Shown: positions 29,812 through 38,232 of the stretch, piece by piece
How positions within the stretch are numbered: the first letter of the stretch is position 1
Layout: the number at the start of each line of letters is the position of its first letter
Source of the DNA: Candidatus Pelagibacterales bacterium
GTDB taxonomy: Bacteria > Pseudomonadota > Alphaproteobacteria > TMED109
Direction of reading: 5' to 3'
NCBI GenBank assembly: GCA_002715505.1
Contig: PAZF01000009.1
Location: forward strand, 4,583-68,582
DNA: 64,000 nt
Notes under the pieces: model-generated
Database searches by the model: none
Told to the model about the DNA's origin: nothing
What the model saw: the letters and a program-made list of their open reading frames with translations, nothing else
Program-made: the position numbers and the translations under genes

Positions 29812-32493
29812 TTGTCAGACAATAATAATAATAATTCAGATGGAGAAGAAAAGCTGAACAACCTCTCTGAAGAAAAATTTCATAAAGACAGCGTAGTTAT
29901 CGAAGATGAAATGAAAAAGTCCTATTTGGACTATGCCATGAGTGTTATTGTTAGTAGAGCATTACCTGATATTAGAGATGGGTTAAAGCCTGTACATAGG
30001 AGAATCTTGTTTAGTATGTACGATGGCAATTATGACTCGAATAAACCGCATAGAAAGTCTGCTAGAATAGTAGGTGAGGTAATGGGTAAGTTTCATCCTC
30101 ATGGAGATAATGCTATATATGAAGCAATGGTCAGGCTAGCGCAAGATTTTTCTATGAGCCTTCCTTTGTTAGATGGACAAGGAAATTTTGGATCAATGGA
30201 TGGAGATCCACCTGCCGCTATGAGATATACCGAAACAAGACTGGCAAAAGTTGCAGATACCCTTTTAGAGGACTTAGATAAAGATACTGTAAATTTTGTG
30301 GACAATTATGATACTACTTTAACAGAACCGGAAGTACTTCCCGCAAGATATCCAAATTTGCTAGTAAATGGTTCTGGAGGTATTGCGGTAGGAATGGCAA
30401 CAAATATACCACCTCATAATTTAGGAGAGATAGTAGAAGCTTGTATTTCATTGTTAGATGATCCTGCAATTGATGATGAAAGTTTAAGAAAGATTGTTTT
30501 GGGACCTGACTTTCCAACCGGTGGAATTATAATAGGTGGATCTGGAATCAAAAACTCTTTTGATACTGGAAGAGGATCCGTAATTATAAGAGGAGTAACT
30601 AATATTGAAAATACCTCTAAGGATAGAACTGCCATAATAATAAAAGAGATTCCCTATCAAGTTAATAAGTCTAGGCTTGTTGAACAAATAGCCGATAGTG
30701 TAAGGGCTAAAAAGATTGAAGGCATATCGGACTTAAGAGATGAGTCAGACAAAGACGGAGTAAGGGTAGTTATCGAATTAAAGAGAGACGCTACACCGGA
30801 AGTAGTTTTAAATCAGCTTCATAAATATACATCCTTACAAACTAGTTTTGGAGCAAATGTTTTAGCACTTAAAAATGGCATGCCTACTCAATTAGGTACT
30901 AGAGAGATATTAGAGACGTTCATAAATTATAGAATTGAAGTCATAATAAAAAGAACTACTTTTGATTTAATTAAAGCTAAAGAAAAAGAGCATATTTTGC
31001 TTGGATTGGCAGTAGCTATTGAAAACATTGATGAAATGATAGATCTTATAAAAGAATCTAAAGACACCAATGATGCACTTAAAAAGATACTGGAGAAAAA
31101 ATGGAACTTTCAGAGTTTAGCAAAATTATTAATGAAAAATGCCGATAAAAGACTCTCCGAAATAATTTCAAAATTTAGTTATTTATCATCTGAGCAAGCT
31201 AAAGCAATATTAGAGCTTAGACTGCAAAGATTAACAGGCTTGGAAAGAGAAAAAGTTGAAAAAGACCTTTTAGAAGAGGCAAGAAAAATATCAGACTATT
31301 TGTCAATATTGGCCTCAAAAACTAAAATTAAACAAATCATCAAAAAAGAATTAGAAGAAATTAAGAATAATTACGCTGTTGACAGAAGAACCAAAATTAT
31401 TGAAAACTATGAAGAAAAAAACTTGGATGATTTAATTGAAAAAGAAGATGTAGTTTTGACTCTTACAAAATCAGGATATGTAAAAATTGTACCTGTCGAC
31501 ACCTACAGATCACAAAAAAGAGGAGGAAAAGGAAGAGCAGGAATGACTACAAAAGACGATGATTTTGTAGAAAAAGTACTTACAATTAACAGTCATGATA
31601 TAGTTCTATTTTTTACTAATAAAGGAATAGTTCATCAAATTAAGGTTTATAAATTACCTAAAGGGTCACCTCAATCAAAAGGAAGGCCTTTAGTTAACCT
31701 TATTCCACTCTCTGAAAATGAATTAACTACTGCAATGTTAGTCTTGCCAAATAAAGAAAGCGAAAAAACCCTGATATTTGTTACAAAGTTTGGAAATGTG
31801 AGAAGAAATAAAGTAAGTGATTTTATTAATATTAAGGCAAATGGAAAAAGAGCGATGAAACTTGATAACAATGATAAATTAATACAGGTTTTGTTAGCAG
31901 GAGATAAAAATGATGTTATTTTATCTACATCTAAAGGCAAATGTGTAAGGTTCAATGTAAATGATGTAAGAGTTTTCAGTGGCAGGACTTCTATGGGAGT
32001 AAGAGGCATAAAGCTACAAAATAATGATAGAATAATTTCAGCATCTATACTTAATTCTGTAGATATAAATACTGATGAAAGAGAAGAATATTTAAAATAT
32101 GTAAGTTCATTAAGAAGAAAAGAAAAGAAAAAAATAGATATTAAAAAAGATAGATTAGAATTATTAAATTCTAAGCAAGAGTTTTTATTATCTGTAACTG
32201 AAAATGGTTATGGGAAAAGATCTTCGTCATATGAATATAGAAAAACAAAAAGGGGTGGGCAAGGAATAATTAATATTGAAACGTCAGAGAGAAATGGAGG
32301 AGTAGTAGCCTCCTTCCCAGTAGAAGAGGATGAAGAGGTTATAATGGTAACTAATAGAGGAAAACTAATCAGATTATTAGTAAAAGGAATTAGAATTGCT
32401 GGAAGAGTAACTCAAGGAGTCACTTTATTAAATACAGAAAAATCAGAAAAGGTCGTATCTGTTACTACAGTAAAAAAAAATGAAGTAGAATAA
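29812..32493 (+). CDS. gyrA: DNA gyrase subunit A
   Basis: 893-aa ORF with a TTG start, the GyrA signature (SYLDYAMSVIVSRALPDIRDGLKPVHRR, active-site AAMRYTE) and C-terminal beta-pinwheel repeats. Confidence 0.97.
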   Translation: MSDNNNNNSDGEEKLNNLSEEKFHKDSVVIEDEMKKSYLDYAMSVIVSRALPDIRDGLKPVHRRILFSMYDGNYDSNKPHRKSARIVGEVMGKFHPHGDNAIYEAMVRLAQDFSMSLPLLDGQGNFGSMDGDPPAAMRYTETRLAKVADTLLEDLDKDTVNFVDNYDTTLTEPEVLPARYPNLLVNGSGGIAVGMATNIPPHNLGEIVEACISLLDDPAIDDESLRKIVLGPDFPTGGIIIGGSGIKNSFDTGRGSVIIRGVTNIENTSKDRTAIIIKEIPYQVNKSRLVEQIADSVRAKKIEGISDLRDESDKDGVRVVIELKRDATPEVVLNQLHKYTSLQTSFGANVLALKNGMPTQLGTREILETFINYRIEVIIKRTTFDLIKAKEKEHILLGLAVAIENIDEMIDLIKESKDTNDALKKILEKKWNFQSLAKLLMKNADKRLSEIISKFSYLSSEQAKAILELRLQRLTGLEREKVEKDLLEEARKISDYLSILASKTKIKQIIKKELEEIKNNYAVDRRTKIIENYEEKNLDDLIEKEDVVLTLTKSGYVKIVPVDTYRSQKRGGKGRAGMTTKDDDFVEKVLTINSHDIVLFFTNKGIVHQIKVYKLPKGSPQSKGRPLVNLIPLSENELTTAMLVLPNKESEKTLIFVTKFGNVRRNKVSDFINIKANGKRAMKLDNNDKLIQVLLAGDKNDVILSTSKGKCVRFNVNDVRVFSGRTSMGVRGIKLQNNDRIISASILNSVDINTDEREEYLKYVSSLRRKEKKKIDIKKDRLELLNSKQEFLLSVTENGYGKRSSSYEYRKTKRGGQGIINIETSERNGGVVASFPVEEDEEVIMVTNRGKLIRLLVKGIRIAGRVTQGVTLLNTEKSEKVVSVTTVKKNEVE

Positions 32494-32509
32494 TTATGTT
32501 GAAAAAAAA

Positions 32510-32992
32510 ATAGGACTTTATCCAGGTTCTTTTGACCCTGTCACAAATGGTCACCTAGATATAATTTTTAGAGCACATAAGCTTGTTGATCAATTGGTAA
32601 TAGGAGTTGCGACTAATCAAAAAAAAAATCATTTATTTTCTATGAGTAAAAGAAAAGAATTAATTTTACATGAGATAAAGAAAAGTAATTTTAATATAAA
32701 GAATTTTAAAGTGGTTGTGTTTGATGGTTTGCTCATGAACTTCGCAAAATCTATTAAAGCTAACATTATTATCCGAGGGCTTAGGGCTGTTTCAGACTTT
32801 GATTACGAGTTTCAAATGACAGGGATGAATGCTAGACTAGATTCTAACATTGAAACAGTTTTTTTAATGGCTAGTGAAAAGCATCAGTTTATATCATCAA
32901 GGTTTGTTAAAGAAATTTATTTTCTTAATGGAGAAGTAAAATCTTTTATTCCTAAAAGTGTATTAGTTGAACTTAAAAAAATAAAAAAATAA
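32510..32992 (+). CDS. coaD: Phosphopantetheine adenylyltransferase (start codon uncertain)
   Basis: The ORF track gives TTG 32594. The same frame is open from 32489 and encodes the essential N-terminal motif GLYPGSFDPVTNGHLDII. There is no canonical start in frame. An out-of-frame ATG at 32496 is separated from it by an A9 run. Confidence 0.85.
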   Translation: MGLYPGSFDPVTNGHLDIIFRAHKLVDQLVIGVATNQKKNHLFSMSKRKELILHEIKKSNFNIKNFKVVVFDGLLMNFAKSIKANIIIRGLRAVSDFDYEFQMTGMNARLDSNIETVFLMASEKHQFISSRFVKEIYFLNGEVKSFIPKSVLVELKKIKK

Positions 32993-33002
32993 CTATAGCC
33001 AA

Positions 33003-34031
33003 ATGATTATAGATGATTTTGATTATAATCTTCCTAAGGAATTAATAGCCCAAAGACCTGCTTCACCAAGATCTTCCTCTAAGTTATTGGTTACTGAAAA
33101 AAACTTAATTACATCATTTAATAAACTGTATACCTTTTTAGATAAAAATGATGTTTTAATTATTAATAATACTAAAGTTATTCCCGCTGTAATAATAGGT
33201 AAATATGAAGGTAAAAAAATCAAGATCACTTTGCATACTAAGCTTTCTACTAGAACTTGGATAGCATTTGCCAAGCCAGCTAAATTACTAGAAGCTGGCA
33301 GTATATTAAGTTTTAGAGACGATGTATCTGCGAAGGTTTTAAATAAAAATGAAGCTCATGTAGAGTTAAATTTTAATTTAAGTATGAAGGGTTTTAATTC
33401 TTTTTTGAATAGATATGGGGAATTACCTATACCTCCTTACATAAAAACTAAAAGTACAAAAATAAAAAATGAAAAATATTATCAAAGTATTTTTTCTAAA
33501 AATTTTGGTGCTTATGCAAGTCCTACAGCCAGCCTACATTTTGATGATTTATTGTTAAGAAATATAAAAAAAAAAAAAATTGATATTATTGAAATTACCT
33601 TACATGTTGGTGCAGGAACCTTCTTGCCATTAAATAACAAAATAGTAGAGAAAAACAAATTGCATAAAGAAAAGGGATATATTAGTGCAGAAAGTGCTAA
33701 AAAAATATCTGATGCTTTAGAAAATAAAAAAAATATAGTTGCCTTAGGAACAACAGTCTTAAGACTCTTAGAAGATTGTTTTCTTAAATATTCAGACATT
33801 CAAAGCTACAATGAAGAAACAGAATTATTTATTTATCCTGGATTTAAATTTAACGTGGTAAATAAGCTCATAACAAATTTCCATTTACCAAAATCTAGTT
33901 TATTTCTTTTGGTTTGTGCTTTTGGAGGAAAGAAAAATATCTTAAAATGCTATAATAAAGCAGTAGAAAAAAAAATGAGATTTTTTAGTTATGGAGATGG
34001 AATGATAATTAATAGATATGATAAAATTTGA
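33003..34031 (+). CDS. queA: S-adenosylmethionine:tRNA ribosyltransferase-isomerase
   Basis: 342-aa ORF with the QueA N-terminus (FDYNLPKELIAQRP) and the FFSYGDGM C-terminal motif. Confidence 0.95.
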   Translation: MIIDDFDYNLPKELIAQRPASPRSSSKLLVTEKNLITSFNKLYTFLDKNDVLIINNTKVIPAVIIGKYEGKKIKITLHTKLSTRTWIAFAKPAKLLEAGSILSFRDDVSAKVLNKNEAHVELNFNLSMKGFNSFLNRYGELPIPPYIKTKSTKIKNEKYYQSIFSKNFGAYASPTASLHFDDLLLRNIKKKKIDIIEITLHVGAGTFLPLNNKIVEKNKLHKEKGYISAESAKKISDALENKKNIVALGTTVLRLLEDCFLKYSDIQSYNEETELFIYPGFKFNVVNKLITNFHLPKSSLFLLVCAFGGKKNILKCYNKAVEKKMRFFSYGDGMIINRYDKI

Positions 34032-35097
34032 AATAAGTAATACCTTTAATAAGGCTAGGGCGGGAATAATAAAAACTAAATACGGAAAAATTGAAACTCC
34101 AGTATTTATGCCAGTAGGAACTTTAGGAACTGTTAAGGGTATTGAAAAAAGTGTGCTCGAAAAATATGGTTTTGATATCTTACTGGCTAATACTTATCAT
34201 CTTATGCTAAGACCAGGAATGAATGTTATTAAAAAGTTTGGTAGTTTAAATAAATTCATGTCTTGGAAAAAAAGTATACTTACTGACTCAGGTGGATTTC
34301 AAATAATGTCTTTAGGTAAGAACGTAAAAGTAGATGATGAAGGTGTAACTTTTAGGTCACATTTAGATGGAAGTTTAGTCAGATTAAACGCAGAAAAGTC
34401 TATAGAAATTCAAAATTTATTAGGTTCAACTATTACAATGAGTTTTGATGAATGTATTCCCCATCCATATTCTTACTTAGAAACAGAATTATCTCTTAAA
34501 CGCTCTACAGATTGGACAATGCGATCTCTAAAAGCATTCCAACAAAGACAGGGGTATGGAATATTTGGTATAATTCAAGGAGGAATGCATAAAGAATTAC
34601 GAAAAAAATCATCTTTAGAATTATCAAATATGGGATTTGACGGTTATGCATTGGGAGGATTAGCAGTAGGTGAGGGACATGAATTAATGTCTAGTATTAC
34701 TGACTACTGTACTTCTTTTTTGCCAGTTGAAAAACCCAGGTATTTAATGGGTGTAGGATATCCTAAAGACATATTACAAGCAGTAAAAAATGGAATTGAT
34801 ATGTTTGACTGCGTTTTGCCTACTAGATCAGGAAGAACAGGTTTGGCCTTTTCTACACAAGGTTTTATAAAAATTAGAAATTCAATATATAGCAAGGATC
34901 CCAATCCATTGGATGAAAACTGCAATTGTGAAATATGTACAAATTATTCTAAAGCATATTTGCATCATTTAGTAAAGTCTTCCGAGATTTTAGGAAGTGT
35001 TTTTATAACTCAACATAACTTATTTTTTTATATGAAGTTAATGAAGAAAATTAGACAATCAATAATTGAAGGTAATTTGGACAAATTAAAAGTTTAG
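34018..35097 (+). CDS. tgt: Queuine tRNA-ribosyltransferase
   Basis: 359-aa ORF with TGT motifs (TPVFMPVGT, LTDSGGFQ, GLAVGE) and the zinc site CxCxxC...H (CNCEICTNYSKAYLHHL). Confidence 0.95.
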   Translation: MIKFEISNTFNKARAGIIKTKYGKIETPVFMPVGTLGTVKGIEKSVLEKYGFDILLANTYHLMLRPGMNVIKKFGSLNKFMSWKKSILTDSGGFQIMSLGKNVKVDDEGVTFRSHLDGSLVRLNAEKSIEIQNLLGSTITMSFDECIPHPYSYLETELSLKRSTDWTMRSLKAFQQRQGYGIFGIIQGGMHKELRKKSSLELSNMGFDGYALGGLAVGEGHELMSSITDYCTSFLPVEKPRYLMGVGYPKDILQAVKNGIDMFDCVLPTRSGRTGLAFSTQGFIKIRNSIYSKDPNPLDENCNCEICTNYSKAYLHHLVKSSEILGSVFITQHNLFFYMKLMKKIRQSIIEGNLDKLKV

Positions 35098-35140
35098 CTT
35101 GAAATAATATTCAAATAATAATATAGATAGTATTTTATAA

Positions 35141-35215
35141 GAGCCCGTAGCTCAGCGGTAGAGCATTCGCCTTTTAAGCGAGGGGCCCTGGGTTCGAATC
35201 CCAGCGGGCTCACCA
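35141..35215 (+). tRNA. tRNA-Lys (anticodon UUU), CCA encoded
   Basis: Folded by hand as a cloverleaf. The 7-bp acceptor stem is GAGCCCG/CGGGCTC, the anticodon loop is CTTTTAA, and the T-arm is CTGGG-TTCGAAT-CCCAG. Length is 75 nt including CCA. Confidence 0.93.
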
Positions 35216-35381
35216 ATCTTATGTTTAAAGATACCTTAACTTAATAAGTTATAATTATAATCTTCAATTATTACTTGTTCCCATGGGGATAGAATAAAGT
35301 TTTTTATTTTACTAGATAAAATTAACAATACTAATATAATTTGTTAAATAATTGTCGTTTATATAAATAGTTAGGTTTTTT

Positions 35382-36089
35382 GTGTTAAAAGTTTCTTATT
35401 TTTTTATATTTATATTAATTTTTTTTCATTTTAAAAATATTCTTAAATCTGAAAATATTAATGTTTGCATTAAAAATGCCGTATCTAAGGATATTGAACT
35501 AAATAAAATACTCACACTGTGCAGAGAGAATATAAAAAATATTGATATTTATAAAAATAATTATTCAGATAATGCTACAGAAAAAACTTCAAATTTTATT
35601 TCTACTAATAGAGCTGATGAAATAATATATGAAATGATAAAGAAAGGAGATTTGAATAAAGCAGCAAGACTCGCAGAAAGAATCGAGTCAGAAAAAACTA
35701 AAAGAATAAAAGCAAAAGCTGAAGCTGAAGCATTGAGGGCTCCACAAATAATATCTAGCTTTAGCAAAGAGTCTGGCTTAGATAAAGATGAAACAAATAT
35801 AAGAAGTGTCCTTAGTTTAGGTAATAATCCTATTACTACATCATCTGCAGGATCTAAAATTATACAAATCACTACTCCAAGCACGCATGGTGCTATACCA
35901 GGACAATATGTTACTATTAGTAATGTAGATGCTTCAATTGACGGGATTGCTGCTAGTGAATTAAATACAAGGCATGTTATCTCTAGTGTGCCTTCTGTTT
36001 CTACTTTTACAATATCGGTACTTTCTAACGCTTCTCAAGGATCTGTATCCGGTGGAGGGACTAATATTATTGCAACTTTTGAAAATTAA
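35382..36089 (+). CDS. Hypothetical secreted protein (orphan)
   Basis: 235-aa ORF with a GTG start, an N-terminal signal-like hydrophobic segment, a charged helical middle (AERIESEKTKRIKAKAEAEALR) and a Ser/Thr/Gly-rich beta-type C-terminal domain. I recognised no family. Confidence 0.45.
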   Translation: MLKVSYFFIFILIFFHFKNILKSENINVCIKNAVSKDIELNKILTLCRENIKNIDIYKNNYSDNATEKTSNFISTNRADEIIYEMIKKGDLNKAARLAERIESEKTKRIKAKAEAEALRAPQIISSFSKESGLDKDETNIRSVLSLGNNPITTSSAGSKIIQITTPSTHGAIPGQYVTISNVDASIDGIAASELNTRHVISSVPSVSTFTISVLSNASQGSVSGGGTNIIATFEN

Positions 36090-36304
36090 ACTCTTTTTAT
36101 TATAATAACGATATAATCATCTTTCTTTTCAATTTTTATTAATTTCAGTCCAGTATTCTTGCAAAGATCCCTAAAATCTTCGGGTGCTGTTGGATCATTG
36201 CATTTAAATTGAAAGTTTTTCTCTTTAGGATAGTTTTTTAATTCTTTAAATGCCTTTAATACAGGGATTGGACATTTTAAGCCTATGAAATCAAACTCTT
36301 TCAT
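36086..36304 (-). CDS. TusA/SirA-family sulfur carrier protein
   Basis: 72-aa ORF with the N-terminal CPxP motif (GLKCPIPVLKAFKELK). It is directly downstream of moeA. Confidence 0.75.
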   Translation of the reverse strand: MKEFDFIGLKCPIPVLKAFKELKNYPKEKNFQFKCNDPTAPEDFRDLCKNTGLKLIKIEKKDDYIVIIIKRV

Positions 36305-37515
36305 TAATCATTTTGATAAGGATAAAACTCCAAGTTAGAGTTTTTCTTTATGCTACTCTGGTTACTCTTTAGTCTTATTAAACCATTGCTCCAAGTAATA
36401 GAGCTTAATATTCCTGCGCCTTGTTTGTTAAATTTATTTACATACATTTTCCCATCCTTAATAAAAGTTTTTCCTCTCAAGAACTCTTCTCTTCCAATTT
36501 TCTTTTTCATACTAAAATTAGATTTAACTAAATAGTATTCAGGTTTATAAGATAAGTTATCATTGAGAAAATTTAAAAGTTTTTTCCCAAATAAAAAAAA
36601 AATTACAAAACAAGCCACAGGATTTCCAGGTAATATTAATATAGGCTTATTTTTTTTTAACATCCCAAACCCAAAGGGTCTTCCGGGTTTTATTGACACT
36701 TTCCAAAAATTAATTGCACCTATTTCTTTAATTATTTTTACCACATAATCTTTGCTCCCTGATGATGCCCCACCTGAAATTATTATTAAATCACTTTTAT
36801 TTTTTAAAGAGTTTAGCTTTTGTTTAATTTTTTTATAATTATCCCTAACTATTCCGAAATCTAATACATTAATATAATTATTTCTAAGTAGTGAGAGCAG
36901 TGTGTATCTGTTAATGTCATAAATTTGATGTGATAATTTATTTTTTCCGGGTTCTATTATTTCATTTCCATTAGATAAAATTCCAACTTTTATTTTTCTT
37001 ATTACCTTGATTTTATTTATTCCAAGTGAGGATAACATTCCAATATCTTGCGCTTTTAAAAAGTGACCTTTAGAAAATACTTTCTGATTTTTTTTAATAT
37101 CTTCTCCTTTTTTTCTGATATTCATCCATTTGAGTATATTTTTTTTCTTTAAATAGATAATTTTTTCATTTATGACAAAGTCCTCTTCCATTATTACAAC
37201 GTCAAAACCCTTAGGAATATGGGCTCCTGTTGAAATTTTTACTATATTTTTATATAAACTTACATCTTTAAGCTTTTCTCCAGCATTTAACTCAGAGTCT
37301 ACTTTAAATTTTTTATATATATTAGTTTTTAAGACTTTATTTTTGAATAGAAATCCATCTACAGCTGAGTTATTTTCTGGTGGAATGTCAATGCGGGAAT
37401 ATACATCCTCAGCTAAGAACCTTCCTAAAGCTTGATTAATATGAATTAGTTCTTTTTTCTTAATCGGGATAATAGCTGACTTAAGCAACTTTTCTATTTT
37501 ATTAAATTTGTACAT
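36304..37515 (-). CDS. moeA: Molybdopterin molybdenumtransferase
   Basis: 403-aa ORF with the MoeA domain pattern (SPIDIPPENNSAVDG-like IDIPPENNSAVDGF, ISGGASSGSKDY, PGNPVA). Confidence 0.9.
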   Translation of the reverse strand: MYKFNKIEKLLKSAIIPIKKKELIHINQALGRFLAEDVYSRIDIPPENNSAVDGFLFKNKVLKTNIYKKFKVDSELNAGEKLKDVSLYKNIVKISTGAHIPKGFDVVIMEEDFVINEKIIYLKKKNILKWMNIRKKGEDIKKNQKVFSKGHFLKAQDIGMLSSLGINKIKVIRKIKVGILSNGNEIIEPGKNKLSHQIYDINRYTLLSLLRNNYINVLDFGIVRDNYKKIKQKLNSLKNKSDLIIISGGASSGSKDYVVKIIKEIGAINFWKVSIKPGRPFGFGMLKKNKPILILPGNPVACFVIFFLFGKKLLNFLNDNLSYKPEYYLVKSNFSMKKKIGREEFLRGKTFIKDGKMYVNKFNKQGAGILSSITWSNGLIRLKSNQSSIKKNSNLEFYPYQND

Positions 37516-37517
37516 AC

Positions 37518-38021
37518 TCAGTTTTTATAATTTAATATAAAATTCCCTACACCTTTGATATCATTTAAATCAAGTATTGGTATATTTTTTTTTATTTTTA
37601 AATTTTTTGAAGTAGTTGCAACTGCAATAAAACTATCATAATCATTGCAAAGTAATGGTTTTTTTATTTTTTTTCTAAATACCTCTATCTTATTGATTTT
37701 ATTGAACTTCCATCCTTCTACAATTACTATGTCTATATTTTTTTTAACAAGCATTAATAGTTCTTCTAACGAAGCCTCTTCTTCTTCAACCTTATTGATA
37801 GTAGCCCATTGTTTGGAGGATGATATAATTACTTTGCTTGCACCTGCTTCATAAAACTTATATGAGTCTTTTCCTTTTTGATCAATTTTAAAAGAACTGT
37901 GAGCGTGTTTTATTGTACAAACCTTTAAACTATGATCATGAACAAAAAATCTAATTAATTTTTCTATTAATGTAGTTTTTCCTGAACCGCTCCATCCTGA
38001 TATTCCTATAATGTAAGTCAA
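37518..38021 (-). CDS. mobB: Molybdopterin-guanine dinucleotide biosynthesis adapter MobB
   Basis: 167-aa ORF with a P-loop (GISGWSGSGKTTLIEKLI) and a KHAH motif. Confidence 0.85.
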   Translation of the reverse strand: MTYIIGISGWSGSGKTTLIEKLIRFFVHDHSLKVCTIKHAHSSFKIDQKGKDSYKFYEAGASKVIISSSKQWATINKVEEEEASLEELLMLVKKNIDIVIVEGWKFNKINKIEVFRKKIKKPLLCNDYDSFIAVATTSKNLKIKKNIPILDLNDIKGVGNFILNYKN

Positions 38022-38232
38022 ATTATTTATTTTATTTTGAATATATCTTTTGTAACTATCATATAAACTATTTTAAAAATTATAAACTAATCTTTTCCCT
38101 ATTATTTCAACATTTTTAAAGAATTTTATATTTTACTCTCTATATAAATAACATAGTTAAAAATATTTTCAGTAATTACTTTTAATATTTTTGATCATAT
38201 GTAAAAATAAAAAAAAATTTTAGTAAATACAC

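Noticed and set aside
35270-35300. Palindrome CCCATGGG followed by a T-run after tRNA-Lys, as a possible terminator.
   Set aside because: The palindrome is contiguous and leaves no loop, so it cannot form a stable hairpin, and the T-run is 13 nt away. It is more likely a chance restriction-site-like palindrome.
35141-36304. Integrated mobile element or prophage remnant at tRNA-Lys.
   Set aside because: There is no integrase, transposase or phage-like gene, and I saw no direct repeat of the tRNA 3-prime end downstream. Only one orphan ORF separates the tRNA from core Moco genes.
38022-38232. Molybdenum-cofactor riboswitch or other structured leader between mobB and the fds operon.
   Set aside because: The 211-bp spacer is almost pure A/T, with no GC-containing helices of the kind needed for the Moco RNA motif. 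It looks like a plain divergent promoter region.
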